Source of the DNA: Spirochaetia bacterium
GTDB lineage: Bacteria > Spirochaetota > Spirochaetia > UBA9216
Assembly: GCA_963675665.1 (NCBI GenBank)
Contig: OY776510.1
Span: 4,704,001 to 4,768,000 of the forward strand
Direction: 5' to 3'
DNA: 64,000 nucleotides
Shown here: in pieces, positions 38,644 through 47,337 of the stretch
Layout: each line of letters starts with the position of its first letter
Position numbering within the stretch: position 1 is the stretch's first letter
Position numbers and translations under genes: made by a program
Notes under the pieces: generated by a model
Databases searched by the model: none
Told to the model about the DNA's origin: nothing
Seen by the model: only the letters and a program-made list of their open reading frames with translations

Positions 38644-41118
38644 TTGAGCGACAATCACATTGATCTTGAAGAACAGGAACGAGTTGAGATACTCGAAGAG
38701 ATAGACAAGCTCGTTGCCACCAACCGGCTTCCGGTATCCGATGCCATGGAGAAACTCAAACCCCAGAAAAGCGGCGTCGGGTTTCCTCTTGTTATCAACC
38801 TCCTTGCAGTTGCGGCAGTTGTCAGCACGTTCTATTTTTCCAACCGCATGTTTGAACAGAAACAGGAATCCCTGAGTATGGAGAACGCCACCTACCAGTC
38901 TGCAGAAGGAAAGCTTCTTGAAGAACTCAAAAGAGAATCCGCGGAAAGGCTTGAACAGAAGGATCAGGAAATAGGCGTTATTCAGAAAGAACTTGAAGAA
39001 CTCGACAAACAGAGCCGGGAACTTGCGGCGACTATGGACCAGCAGATAGCCGACAGGGAAAACGAACTCAGACTGGCCCTTGAAGCCGAACTTGAAAATG
39101 AGCGTGCCAAACTGAGATCTCAGGGTAAATCTGAAGCTGATATTGAAACCGAACTGAATAGAATAGAATCTGAACGAAGCGCTGAATATGAGGCTGAACT
39201 GTCGGCATTCAGGGAAGAAACCGAACAGGCAATAGCGGAAAAGGAAGAAGAACTTGCCCGCGCAAAACAGATCAATGAAGAACTTCTTGCGGAAGTTAAT
39301 GCAGAAAAAGAACGAATTCAGGATGAAACATTAAAAAGAGAAAATGAACTGACAGCCCAGTTTGAAGCTGAGAAAGCGGAACTTGCCGAGGAAGCCGCTT
39401 CGGCACAGGCCCGCCTGCAGCAGCTTACTGAAAACCAGGCAAAAGAATCACTGATCATAGACCAGATAAACGGATCATATGAATCCATCTTTAATTATAT
39501 ACAGGCCGGCAATACAACCGACGCACTGTCGGCAATAACGGCCCTTAAACAGTTGATAGAAGACCCTGCTGTTGCAAAGCTTAAAGCTGTAAACGCCAGA
39601 AGTTCCAATGATCAGGAAATGCTGAATATTCTTCGACAAAGAATTGAGGAACAGGCTTATAAAGACAATACCGATACCAAAAGCCTTGCCGCAGCAGCAG
39701 ACCTGCTTCTTTCTGCGCAGGAGATTGCAGCCCTGGGAACAGAAGCTTACAATATCGGAAATACCACGGCAGCCGAAGAATATTACACGCGCTCGTTAAG
39801 CAAAATTCCGGCTATAAAGCAGGCGTGGGAAAACCTGGAAAGGATTTCACGCGATGCGGAAGCTGAACGTCTGTCGGAGATTATACAAGAGGGCAATGAA
39901 CTGGCTTCCGCAGGGGACCAGCTGGCGGCTTCAAGACAGTTTGCATCCGCTGCAGGTTCGGCATATTCCCTTAACCCGGAACTTCTTAGGCAGGCCGTAG
40001 CAGGTATGCTTGATTCATCAGATGCATACAGCACAAGCCGGATTGCTCAGAAAGATTCGGCAATAAAATCTCTAGAAATTGAAAGCAGTACTGAAATCGG
40101 GAAACTGGAAAGCAGCCTGGAAGAGATGAAAGCCGGATACGAATCTGAACTTGCAGCAGCTAAAGCGCAAAATGAAGCAACAATCGAACAGACTGTTACC
40201 GAATATGAAAACAAACTTGCGGCGGCAGAAGCTGAATATCAATCCGCTCTCGAGAAAGCTGAAACAGAATATGAAACATTACTTGCCGACGCAGATGTTT
40301 CAGCTTCAGAACTGGAAACGTCCAAAGATGAAGAAATTGACAGGCTGACAAGATTAATTGGAGAACGGGACCAGGAAAACCTTAATATTAATGCTGAAAA
40401 AACGGAAATTGAAGAAGCACTGGCTGCAGCGGAAGAAGTAATAGCCGAAAAAACCGCCGAGCTGGAACAGTACAGGCTTGATTCTGCTGAAGAAATGGGC
40501 ACGCTTAATACCATGGCATCGGAAGAAATTAAAAGACTTGAAAAAGAACTTGAAGCATCTGTGCTGCGTTATACGGAACTCGAAGAAACATATAAAAATG
40601 AACAGATTGTTGCGTCAAACAGGCTTAAAGCATCAGAAATGACCGGGTACACCAACGGTATTCGACAGGGCCGGCAGGAAGCTCTGGAGGATATTCTGTA
40701 TTTCTCCTCTTATCTTGAAGGCGCCGCTGCATATGATCCTGAAGCGCAGACACGAATTTCCGAACTCGTTAATGAAGACCCGGTATACAGCGAAGCTGTT
40801 CAGAAAATTCAGAATATAGCCGCAGCAGGAGGAACCGAAACCGAAGGGACTCTTATTCCGGTTGCCCGGAATATTCTGATCGGAACAATTTCGTTTGCTT
40901 CCGGCGACGAGATAATTATTGAGCCGCTGACTGACCAGATGGTTGAATCCGGCGCCAGGGTAATGATATACCGCAAAGAACGTGGCAGGGATGAAACCTA
41001 TATCACCTTCGGAATAGTTACTTCGGCAACCGAAAACCGGATCAAAGCCAGAACAGATCCCGCAGGCACCGCTCCGGCGCAAAGCATGGATCTGGTTTAT
41101 ATGACTGTGACGGATTAA
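38644..41118 (+). CDS. Large membrane-anchored acidic coiled-coil protein
   Basis: One TM segment, long E/A-rich heptads, C-terminal beta domain; SD AGGAG before TTG 38644. Confidence 0.8.
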   Translation: MSDNHIDLEEQERVEILEEIDKLVATNRLPVSDAMEKLKPQKSGVGFPLVINLLAVAAVVSTFYFSNRMFEQKQESLSMENATYQSAEGKLLEELKRESAERLEQKDQEIGVIQKELEELDKQSRELAATMDQQIADRENELRLALEAELENERAKLRSQGKSEADIETELNRIESERSAEYEAELSAFREETEQAIAEKEEELARAKQINEELLAEVNAEKERIQDETLKRENELTAQFEAEKAELAEEAASAQARLQQLTENQAKESLIIDQINGSYESIFNYIQAGNTTDALSAITALKQLIEDPAVAKLKAVNARSSNDQEMLNILRQRIEEQAYKDNTDTKSLAAAADLLLSAQEIAALGTEAYNIGNTTAAEEYYTRSLSKIPAIKQAWENLERISRDAEAERLSEIIQEGNELASAGDQLAASRQFASAAGSAYSLNPELLRQAVAGMLDSSDAYSTSRIAQKDSAIKSLEIESSTEIGKLESSLEEMKAGYESELAAAKAQNEATIEQTVTEYENKLAAAEAEYQSALEKAETEYETLLADADVSASELETSKDEEIDRLTRLIGERDQENLNINAEKTEIEEALAAAEEVIAEKTAELEQYRLDSAEEMGTLNTMASEEIKRLEKELEASVLRYTELEETYKNEQIVASNRLKASEMTGYTNGIRQGRQEALEDILYFSSYLEGAAAYDPEAQTRISELVNEDPVYSEAVQKIQNIAAAGGTETEGTLIPVARNILIGTISFASGDEIIIEPLTDQMVESGARVMIYRKERGRDETYITFGIVTSATENRIKARTDPAGTAPAQSMDLVYMTVTD

Positions 41119-42344
41119 TTAAAATTAAATGATGCCGACACAAAACATACGTAGCCCGTATTCTCACCGTATATTTCATACAGGCTCTCGACAAGGTTTT
41201 CAGGAAGCAGATCCGGAGAAAGGCCAAGATCTAACGCATCATCATACGGAGTTAAAGTAGCATGCTCCACTGCGGCTATGACAAGCTCACAGCTGCCTGT
41301 TGACATGGTACCGGCACCCGGGTATGCAAGAGAACCGCTGTCTGTAAGCATAACTATTCCGTTTGTAGCAGGATCGGGATATATTTCGCCGGTGTCCCTG
41401 TTTATTATGTATAACAGCCTGGTTCCCACGCCGCTTGTAAAACTGTATTCAAAACTGCAGCCTCCGGCCTCCGTAATATCGGTTGGAATATCAGGAAGAG
41501 AGTTGCATCCGACAGCTTCGGGAACCAGTGAGGCAAAATCATAATTCAGACTTTCATTTGCTTTAGTCATATAGCCGTTAACATCTGCAATCATCAGGCT
41601 GTAATTTCCGTTCATGGTGTTTTCAATGTTCAGAATGTTTCTGTGCACTTCGATCAAACCGTTATCCGCGTACATACTGAAAATAATATCACGGCTGTAA
41701 TATTCAGTGTTACTTCCGCATTCGAAACTCTGCCCGTCGGGATAGGTTAAAGAAAAAGTTTTTAAACCGTCGGAAAGATTGCTTCCGAGAACCCGGCTGG
41801 TCACCCCGTGCCGCTGAACATTTGTACGGTAATACTCGTGTACTGCAGGCATATTTTTAAAATCGGCAATCTCTGCTGCGGCGGCTGTGCCTTCGGTATT
41901 GTCACCGCCGTCTGAGCCTTCAGTATACTGCCAGGTCTCGAATATTATTTTATATTCAGAGGTTTCCCAGTAAGCTTCCGCCCTGAAACTCGTTACATGG
42001 TCTGTAACGATTTCAATACTGTAACTGAAGATCTGGATCACTTCAGAGCCTGAATACAACTCGGCATTAATCTGCCATGAGCCGGAATCCATATTGTTAA
42101 CCCGTTCCCAGGCATGGTCACCCTCAAGATCAACACTGATTGTACTGCTTATTCCTTTGGGAGGTGTAAGTTCGTATTTGATACGATCAATGCTCATTGC
42201 ATTGTCAGTCTTTATTTCGAACTGAAGTTCAAGCGAGCCGGTTTGGGAAGAGAAATTTAAAAACCCGTAACCGCAGGAAGAGAAGATGAATAAAACAATT
42301 AAAAAAAGTAATACCGCTCTTGCGGCAAGCCTAAAGCTTTTCAT
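41115..42344 (-). CDS. Hypothetical lipoprotein (paralogue of 42353-43558)
   Basis: Lipobox FSSC; motifs shared with the neighbour. Confidence 0.8.
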   Translation of the reverse strand: MKSFRLAARAVLLFLIVLFIFSSCGYGFLNFSSQTGSLELQFEIKTDNAMSIDRIKYELTPPKGISSTISVDLEGDHAWERVNNMDSGSWQINAELYSGSEVIQIFSYSIEIVTDHVTSFRAEAYWETSEYKIIFETWQYTEGSDGGDNTEGTAAAAEIADFKNMPAVHEYYRTNVQRHGVTSRVLGSNLSDGLKTFSLTYPDGQSFECGSNTEYYSRDIIFSMYADNGLIEVHRNILNIENTMNGNYSLMIADVNGYMTKANESLNYDFASLVPEAVGCNSLPDIPTDITEAGGCSFEYSFTSGVGTRLLYIINRDTGEIYPDPATNGIVMLTDSGSLAYPGAGTMSTGSCELVIAAVEHATLTPYDDALDLGLSPDLLPENLVESLYEIYGENTGYVCFVSASFNFN

Positions 42345-42352
42345 ACCATACC

Positions 42353-43558
42353 CTAAAAAACTTCCTGCTCAACAGACAAGCCAATCATGTTTATCTGTTC
42401 GCCGAAATACATAAACAGCCAGCCTGAAATATTCTCCGGAGAAAGATCCGGCGAGCCTGATGCCGCATATGCGCTTTCCAAATCCGTGCTGTTGATATAG
42501 GTGTCTACGGTAACCAGCACTATATTGAATGTGCCTGCAGCATCATCTACGCCGCCCATAAAGAAATCAGCTGAAGTTGACGGATCATCAACAGAAAAGT
42601 AATTAAGTGTTCCGGTCCCAATCGAATCCTGGACAACATTGGTGCCGTTTCCCGCTTCAACCATATACAGAATATAGCAGCCGGCCGAGGCGGAATCGTT
42701 TTTGTCATAACATGTAGAAGTCAGCGACTCTGCCCCGAGATCGGTATATGACCCGTTCAGGGTGGCAAGACCGGTTGCCGGTTCGTAACCGAAGCTGCAG
42801 TAGTCGTCCAGAATAGTCTCTACATCGTTCGGATCTCCCGCGGTAAGCGTGTAATTGCCCTTCGCATAGTAACCGTCGCGTTGTATGGTAAGATATTCAG
42901 ATGATATTTCAACCTGTATATTTGAAATGCCGGTTGAACGACTGGTTGTATATTCAAAAAAACTGTTATCAGGAAAGCCGATACTGAAGCGCGAAAGACT
43001 CGAGTAAAGATTTGTACCTCCCGCAATCAGAACGGTCATATATTTGGAATTTTCAACAGGGTCGCCGGCTGTGTGGGCGGCTGAAATAAGCGCATCAAAA
43101 CGGTACATATCAAGAAGGGATTCAAGTTCGGATCCTGCCGGCTTTTCCCATTTTACATCAATTCCGCCGCCGCTGTAATAAGTCATCTCGGCTATTACCG
43201 TCTGGGCAAGAGCAAGTTCGAATACGTCATTATGTCCGGCAGCTATTGACCCCGATTCATTATATACCGTAGTATCAAGAGTCCATGTACCCGTATCAAT
43301 TCTTGATATATAACATTCGGCACCCTGACTGCCGTCATAATCATAAATCTCAATATCCTTCCTTATAGAATCACCCGAATCGCTCTCAAGGTTAAAAACA
43401 ACATTCTGCAGATTTTCCGAAACTGCAGGGTCAACGGTGAATTTAATTGAAACATTTCCCGTTTCATCGTTAAAGTTGAATATCCCCTCGGAACAGGAGG
43501 AATAAAACAACCCTGCGGATATAATCAGCAATATAAAAAATGTAATTCTGGCCTTCAC
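42353..43558 (-). CDS. Hypothetical lipoprotein (paralogue of 41115-42344)
   Basis: Lipobox YSSC; GTG 43558 with AGGAG SD. Confidence 0.8.
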   Translation of the reverse strand: MKARITFFILLIISAGLFYSSCSEGIFNFNDETGNVSIKFTVDPAVSENLQNVVFNLESDSGDSIRKDIEIYDYDGSQGAECYISRIDTGTWTLDTTVYNESGSIAAGHNDVFELALAQTVIAEMTYYSGGGIDVKWEKPAGSELESLLDMYRFDALISAAHTAGDPVENSKYMTVLIAGGTNLYSSLSRFSIGFPDNSFFEYTTSRSTGISNIQVEISSEYLTIQRDGYYAKGNYTLTAGDPNDVETILDDYCSFGYEPATGLATLNGSYTDLGAESLTSTCYDKNDSASAGCYILYMVEAGNGTNVVQDSIGTGTLNYFSVDDPSTSADFFMGGVDDAAGTFNIVLVTVDTYINSTDLESAYAASGSPDLSPENISGWLFMYFGEQINMIGLSVEQEVF

Positions 43559-43568
43559 TGATACGCTC

Positions 43569-43946
43569 CTATGGTAAATCAACGATAAAATCAAAGCTTT
43601 TATCGAGAAATTTTAAAAGATAGTACTCGCCGTCTTTTTCAGAATAAACGGAAAATTCAAACCTGTAATCGCCCTCTGTTAAACCGGTGAAATTGAAATT
43701 ACCGCTGTGAGGCAGCACCTCATCAACACTGTAAAGAGCTGTTCCGGGGGCTGCTTTATTATAAAGGTTGTAAACACAGCGCTGATCTTCATTTTCACAT
43801 TCATATGTATAGTTTACGGTTATATCGGATGTACTGTAATTCGATTTCAAGTCGAGACTTAGGTAAGGTATTCTGAATGACGTTCCGCAACTGCTCAGCC
43901 CTGCTGCAACGGTTATTAAAAACAGCAGTATAATCCTGATCTTCAT
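43569..43946 (-). CDS. Small hypothetical lipoprotein (Ig/Fn3-like)
   Basis: Lipobox LSSC; FTGLTEGDYRF beta-sandwich-like motif. Confidence 0.75.
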   Translation of the reverse strand: MKIRIILLFLITVAAGLSSCGTSFRIPYLSLDLKSNYSTSDITVNYTYECENEDQRCVYNLYNKAAPGTALYSVDEVLPHSGNFNFTGLTEGDYRFEFSVYSEKDGEYYLLKFLDKSFDFIVDLP

Positions 43947-44009
43947 ATATAAAGCATATCAAAGTTACTGCTAAATATCTACTAAAAAAGCCCGGCTGCA
44001 ATAATCTTG

Positions 44010-44038
44010 TTGAAAAACGCATCGCAATCTCATAGAAT
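44010..44038 (+). promoter_or_regulatory. Sigma70-type promoter of the M20-gpgS operon
   Basis: TTGAAA-N17-TAGAAT. Confidence 0.7.
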
Positions 44039-44055
44039 AAATACAGGAGTAAAAA

Positions 44056-45222
44056 ATGCCTGATATCAAGAATGTTCTAGGTAAACTTGAAAATTATGAA
44101 ACAAAGCTAAAAGAGCTGAGCGAGCTGATTCTTGCCAATATCGTCATGATCGGAGAGATTCCGGCGCCGACATTCGGGGAAAAAGAGCGTGTTCGTTTCC
44201 TGATAGAGCGTTTTTCAGAAAACAGAATGCTGAACTGCTCTACCGACGAAAAAGGTAACGCTCTCGGTATAATCCCCGGCGAACGCGGCGACAGAAACAT
44301 ATTGATAGTTGCCCATACCGACAGCATTTTTGATGAAAAAATTGATCACACCATAGGAGTTCAGCCCCAGTATATCTGCGGTCCCGGCATAGGCGACAAT
44401 GCGCTCGGCGTAGCCGCTCTCGCCAGTCTTCCGGCTATACTTGAGCATCTGGATCTTAAACTCGATTCCAATATTATCCTGATGGGGTCCTCACGAAGCC
44501 TGGGCAGCGGCGATATTGAAGGCCTGAGGTTCTTTTTAAACAACTCCAACCTGCCGATTACCGCGGGACTATGCGTTGAAGGGGTAAGACTCGGCCGGCT
44601 CAGTTATTCCTCGATAGGAATGATCAGGTGTGAGCTGACATGCCAGGTTCCCGACGAGTACGACTGGACACGGTTCGGAGCTGTAGGCTCAATCATCACC
44701 ATCAACGAAGTAATTAATAGAATACTTGAAATTCCAATGCCCAAACGTCCCAGATGCAATATCGCCTTCGGTTCGATTGAAGGAGGCAAATCCTTTAACG
44801 CTCTGGCGTCAAAAGCCGTGCTGCGCTTTGAAATCAGAAGCGAATCGGGAGAAATGGTATCGAATGTTTTCAAACAGATATCCGATATTGCCTCGGAAGT
44901 TTCCAGCCATACAGGAGAGGAGATAACTCTTGATGTTCTGGCACGAAGGCAGCCGGGCGGAATTGATTTTTCACATCCGCTTGCATCGGCCGCCCGACAG
45001 ATAATGACCTATATGAACATAAAACCGAGAATATCTCCGAGCACATCGGAACTGGCTGCTTTTATTGCAAAAAATATTCCTGCCCTCACAATCGGGCTTA
45101 CTACAGGAGACAATATGAACGGGCTCGATGAAAGTATTGAAGTGTCTCCGATTTATACGGGTTTTGCCCAGCTTGCCGCACTTATCGAAATAATCGACAG
45201 AGGATATTCCAATGAAACTTGA
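44056..45222 (+). CDS. M20/M25/M40-fold protein with degenerate active site
   Basis: PAPTF.E, AHTD, GPGIGDN retained; EE motif, GGHS His and C-terminal His absent. Confidence 0.8.
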   Translation: MPDIKNVLGKLENYETKLKELSELILANIVMIGEIPAPTFGEKERVRFLIERFSENRMLNCSTDEKGNALGIIPGERGDRNILIVAHTDSIFDEKIDHTIGVQPQYICGPGIGDNALGVAALASLPAILEHLDLKLDSNIILMGSSRSLGSGDIEGLRFFLNNSNLPITAGLCVEGVRLGRLSYSSIGMIRCELTCQVPDEYDWTRFGAVGSIITINEVINRILEIPMPKRPRCNIAFGSIEGGKSFNALASKAVLRFEIRSESGEMVSNVFKQISDIASEVSSHTGEEITLDVLARRQPGGIDFSHPLASAARQIMTYMNIKPRISPSTSELAAFIAKNIPALTIGLTTGDNMNGLDESIEVSPIYTGFAQLAALIEIIDRGYSNET

Positions 45223-46201
45223 TACATGGATTAAACAAAATACCTTTCATCACTCCGATTTTGAAGATCTTGATACCCTTGTAAAGAAGAAACAGGAGAA
45301 AAAGCTTAATATATCACTCTGCATTCCGACTCTTAATGAAGAAAAAACCATTGGCAAAGAAATTGTTATATTCAGGTCCGAACTTATGTCCAGGCATCAG
45401 CTTCTTGATGAAATAGCGGTTATCGATTCGGGATCCAAAGATCGAACAGTTGAAATTGCCGAATCTTTCGGAGCCAACGTGTATCTTGCCTCCGATATTC
45501 TGCCCGGAATTGAACCCAGATACGGAAAGGGTGAGAACCTGTGGAAAGCTATCTACCAGCTCTCCGGCGACATTATAGTATACATTGATGCTGATATTAA
45601 AAACATTCACCCAAGGTTCGTATACGGACTTGTGGCTCCGCTAATCTACAATGACGAGATAAAATACGTTAAAGCATTCTATGACAGACCTCTTGCATTC
45701 TCGGAAGGGATCAGACCGTCCGGCGGCGGCAGGGTAACCGAAATTCTTGTACGTCCGCTTTTTTCACTGTTCTTCCCCGATCTGTCCGGAATAATTCAGC
45801 CGTTGTCCGGAGAATATGCCGTTCGCCGTGAAGTACTTGAAGCTATCCCCTTTCCCATCGGCTACGGCGTTGAAACATCTCATCTTATTGATGTTTTCAG
45901 TAAATGGGGGCTTAAGGCTTTTGCCCAGACGGATCTTGATCAACGTGTTCACAGAAACCAGGACACCCGGGACCTCGGCAAAATGGCTTTTGGAATACTG
46001 CAGGCTTTTCTTAAGCGCCTGAAAAAAATGGGTATAATATCGGATCTGCCTGAAATGAACAGTATACTGAGGCAGTTTGTAGCGCATGACCGGGATTTTG
46101 AAGCTGTTGAACACGAGATAGTCGAATTCGAACGTCCGCCGATGATAGAGATACCTGAATATCAGGAGCGGTTGAAAGAACTTAAGAATAAGAACGATTA
46201 G
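45212..46201 (+). CDS. gpgS: Glucosyl-3-phosphoglycerate synthase (GT81)
   Basis: PTLNEE, DSGS.D, GKGE.LW, DAD, GGGRVTE, QPLSGEYA, GYGVE, R.HRN. Confidence 0.92.
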   Translation: MKLDTWIKQNTFHHSDFEDLDTLVKKKQEKKLNISLCIPTLNEEKTIGKEIVIFRSELMSRHQLLDEIAVIDSGSKDRTVEIAESFGANVYLASDILPGIEPRYGKGENLWKAIYQLSGDIIVYIDADIKNIHPRFVYGLVAPLIYNDEIKYVKAFYDRPLAFSEGIRPSGGGRVTEILVRPLFSLFFPDLSGIIQPLSGEYAVRREVLEAIPFPIGYGVETSHLIDVFSKWGLKAFAQTDLDQRVHRNQDTRDLGKMAFGILQAFLKRLKKMGIISDLPEMNSILRQFVAHDRDFEAVEHEIVEFERPPMIEIPEYQERLKELKNKND

Positions 46202-46216
46202 AATTCTGCAGCTCTG

Positions 46217-47233
46217 TTATCCGTGAAACTCATTCATGAGCATATCCTCAATATCATTTATAACCGGATCCCATTCGGGAGTCTTTCCTTCCAGTTCAGT
46301 TATAGCCGCCTGAATGTTGTCGGGAGAGTACGGTAAGTCAGTCAGCAATTTCTTGACTCCTTCAACCAGTTCCGGGTACATACAATCCGTAAAAATTTCA
46401 ATCCCCCGGATTGTTCCGTGCCTCACATCAAGCCGGATATCCATGCCTCCCCAGGAGAAACGCCTGTCTATCCGGTGTGTAAAATCCGGACTTTTCCCGT
46501 ACAGCCATTCTTCGCTGCTTAATATATTAAAATAATTCGTAATTCCGGAATTCTTCTTAAGCGAATCAAGATTAAGAACTTCTTCACTGCCCCTGCCCAA
46601 CCTGGAAAAGAACGACTTCGTTATAGCTTCTGCCAATTCATCAGTACTTATACCCGTATTATATTCTTTCAGATTGGCTACCCTGCTTTTTACGGATTTA
46701 ACTCCCTTGGATTCCAGCTTTCTTGCATCAGGATTCAGATAATTTGTAAGCCGGCCCAGGTCAACATCAACAAGCAGTGTCCCATGATGAAAAGCCCGGT
46801 CGCGCGTTAATTTAAACGCGCTTCCCGAAATCTTTTTATTATTTACAATCAGATCATTTCTCCCGGAAGTTTCCGCTTCGATTCCGTAGTTTCCGAGAGC
46901 GTCGATTATGATCTCAAAATTTCGCTGTTTATCATATATATCCCTCCCTGACATAAAGGTGAAATTCAGATTGCCGGGGTCATGGTACACTGCTCCGCCG
47001 CCGCTCTGTCTGCGGGCAAGCTTTACCCCTTCATCCTTCATTACCTCAAGCCGGCACTCAGCCCAGGGGTTCTGATACCTTCCGATAACCACTGTCTCGG
47101 AGTTCCGCCAAAGAAACAAAACATGTCCGTCTGGATTCATATCCCTGAAAATCCAGTCTTCGGTAGCAAGATTAAACCAGGGATTTAAAGACTCTGAATG
47201 TAGCACGCGTGTAGCGAATGACGACTTCTGCAT
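46217..47233 (-). CDS. lplA: Lipoate-protein ligase A
   Basis: NLATEDW, RRQSGGGAVYHD.GN, KISGSA, HHGTLL, KGVKSV.SRV. Confidence 0.93.
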   Translation of the reverse strand: MQKSSFATRVLHSESLNPWFNLATEDWIFRDMNPDGHVLFLWRNSETVVIGRYQNPWAECRLEVMKDEGVKLARRQSGGGAVYHDPGNLNFTFMSGRDIYDKQRNFEIIIDALGNYGIEAETSGRNDLIVNNKKISGSAFKLTRDRAFHHGTLLVDVDLGRLTNYLNPDARKLESKGVKSVKSRVANLKEYNTGISTDELAEAITKSFFSRLGRGSEEVLNLDSLKKNSGITNYFNILSSEEWLYGKSPDFTHRIDRRFSWGGMDIRLDVRHGTIRGIEIFTDCMYPELVEGVKKLLTDLPYSPDNIQAAITELEGKTPEWDPVINDIEDMLMNEFHG

Positions 47234-47337
47234 GGACTGCATTATAATGAATTTCACCGATAGTTTAAACAATAAAAAGTGCGAAGTTTTAATTCGCAAT
47301 TGTTGCTTTTATACCATTTTAGCTATATATTATAGCA

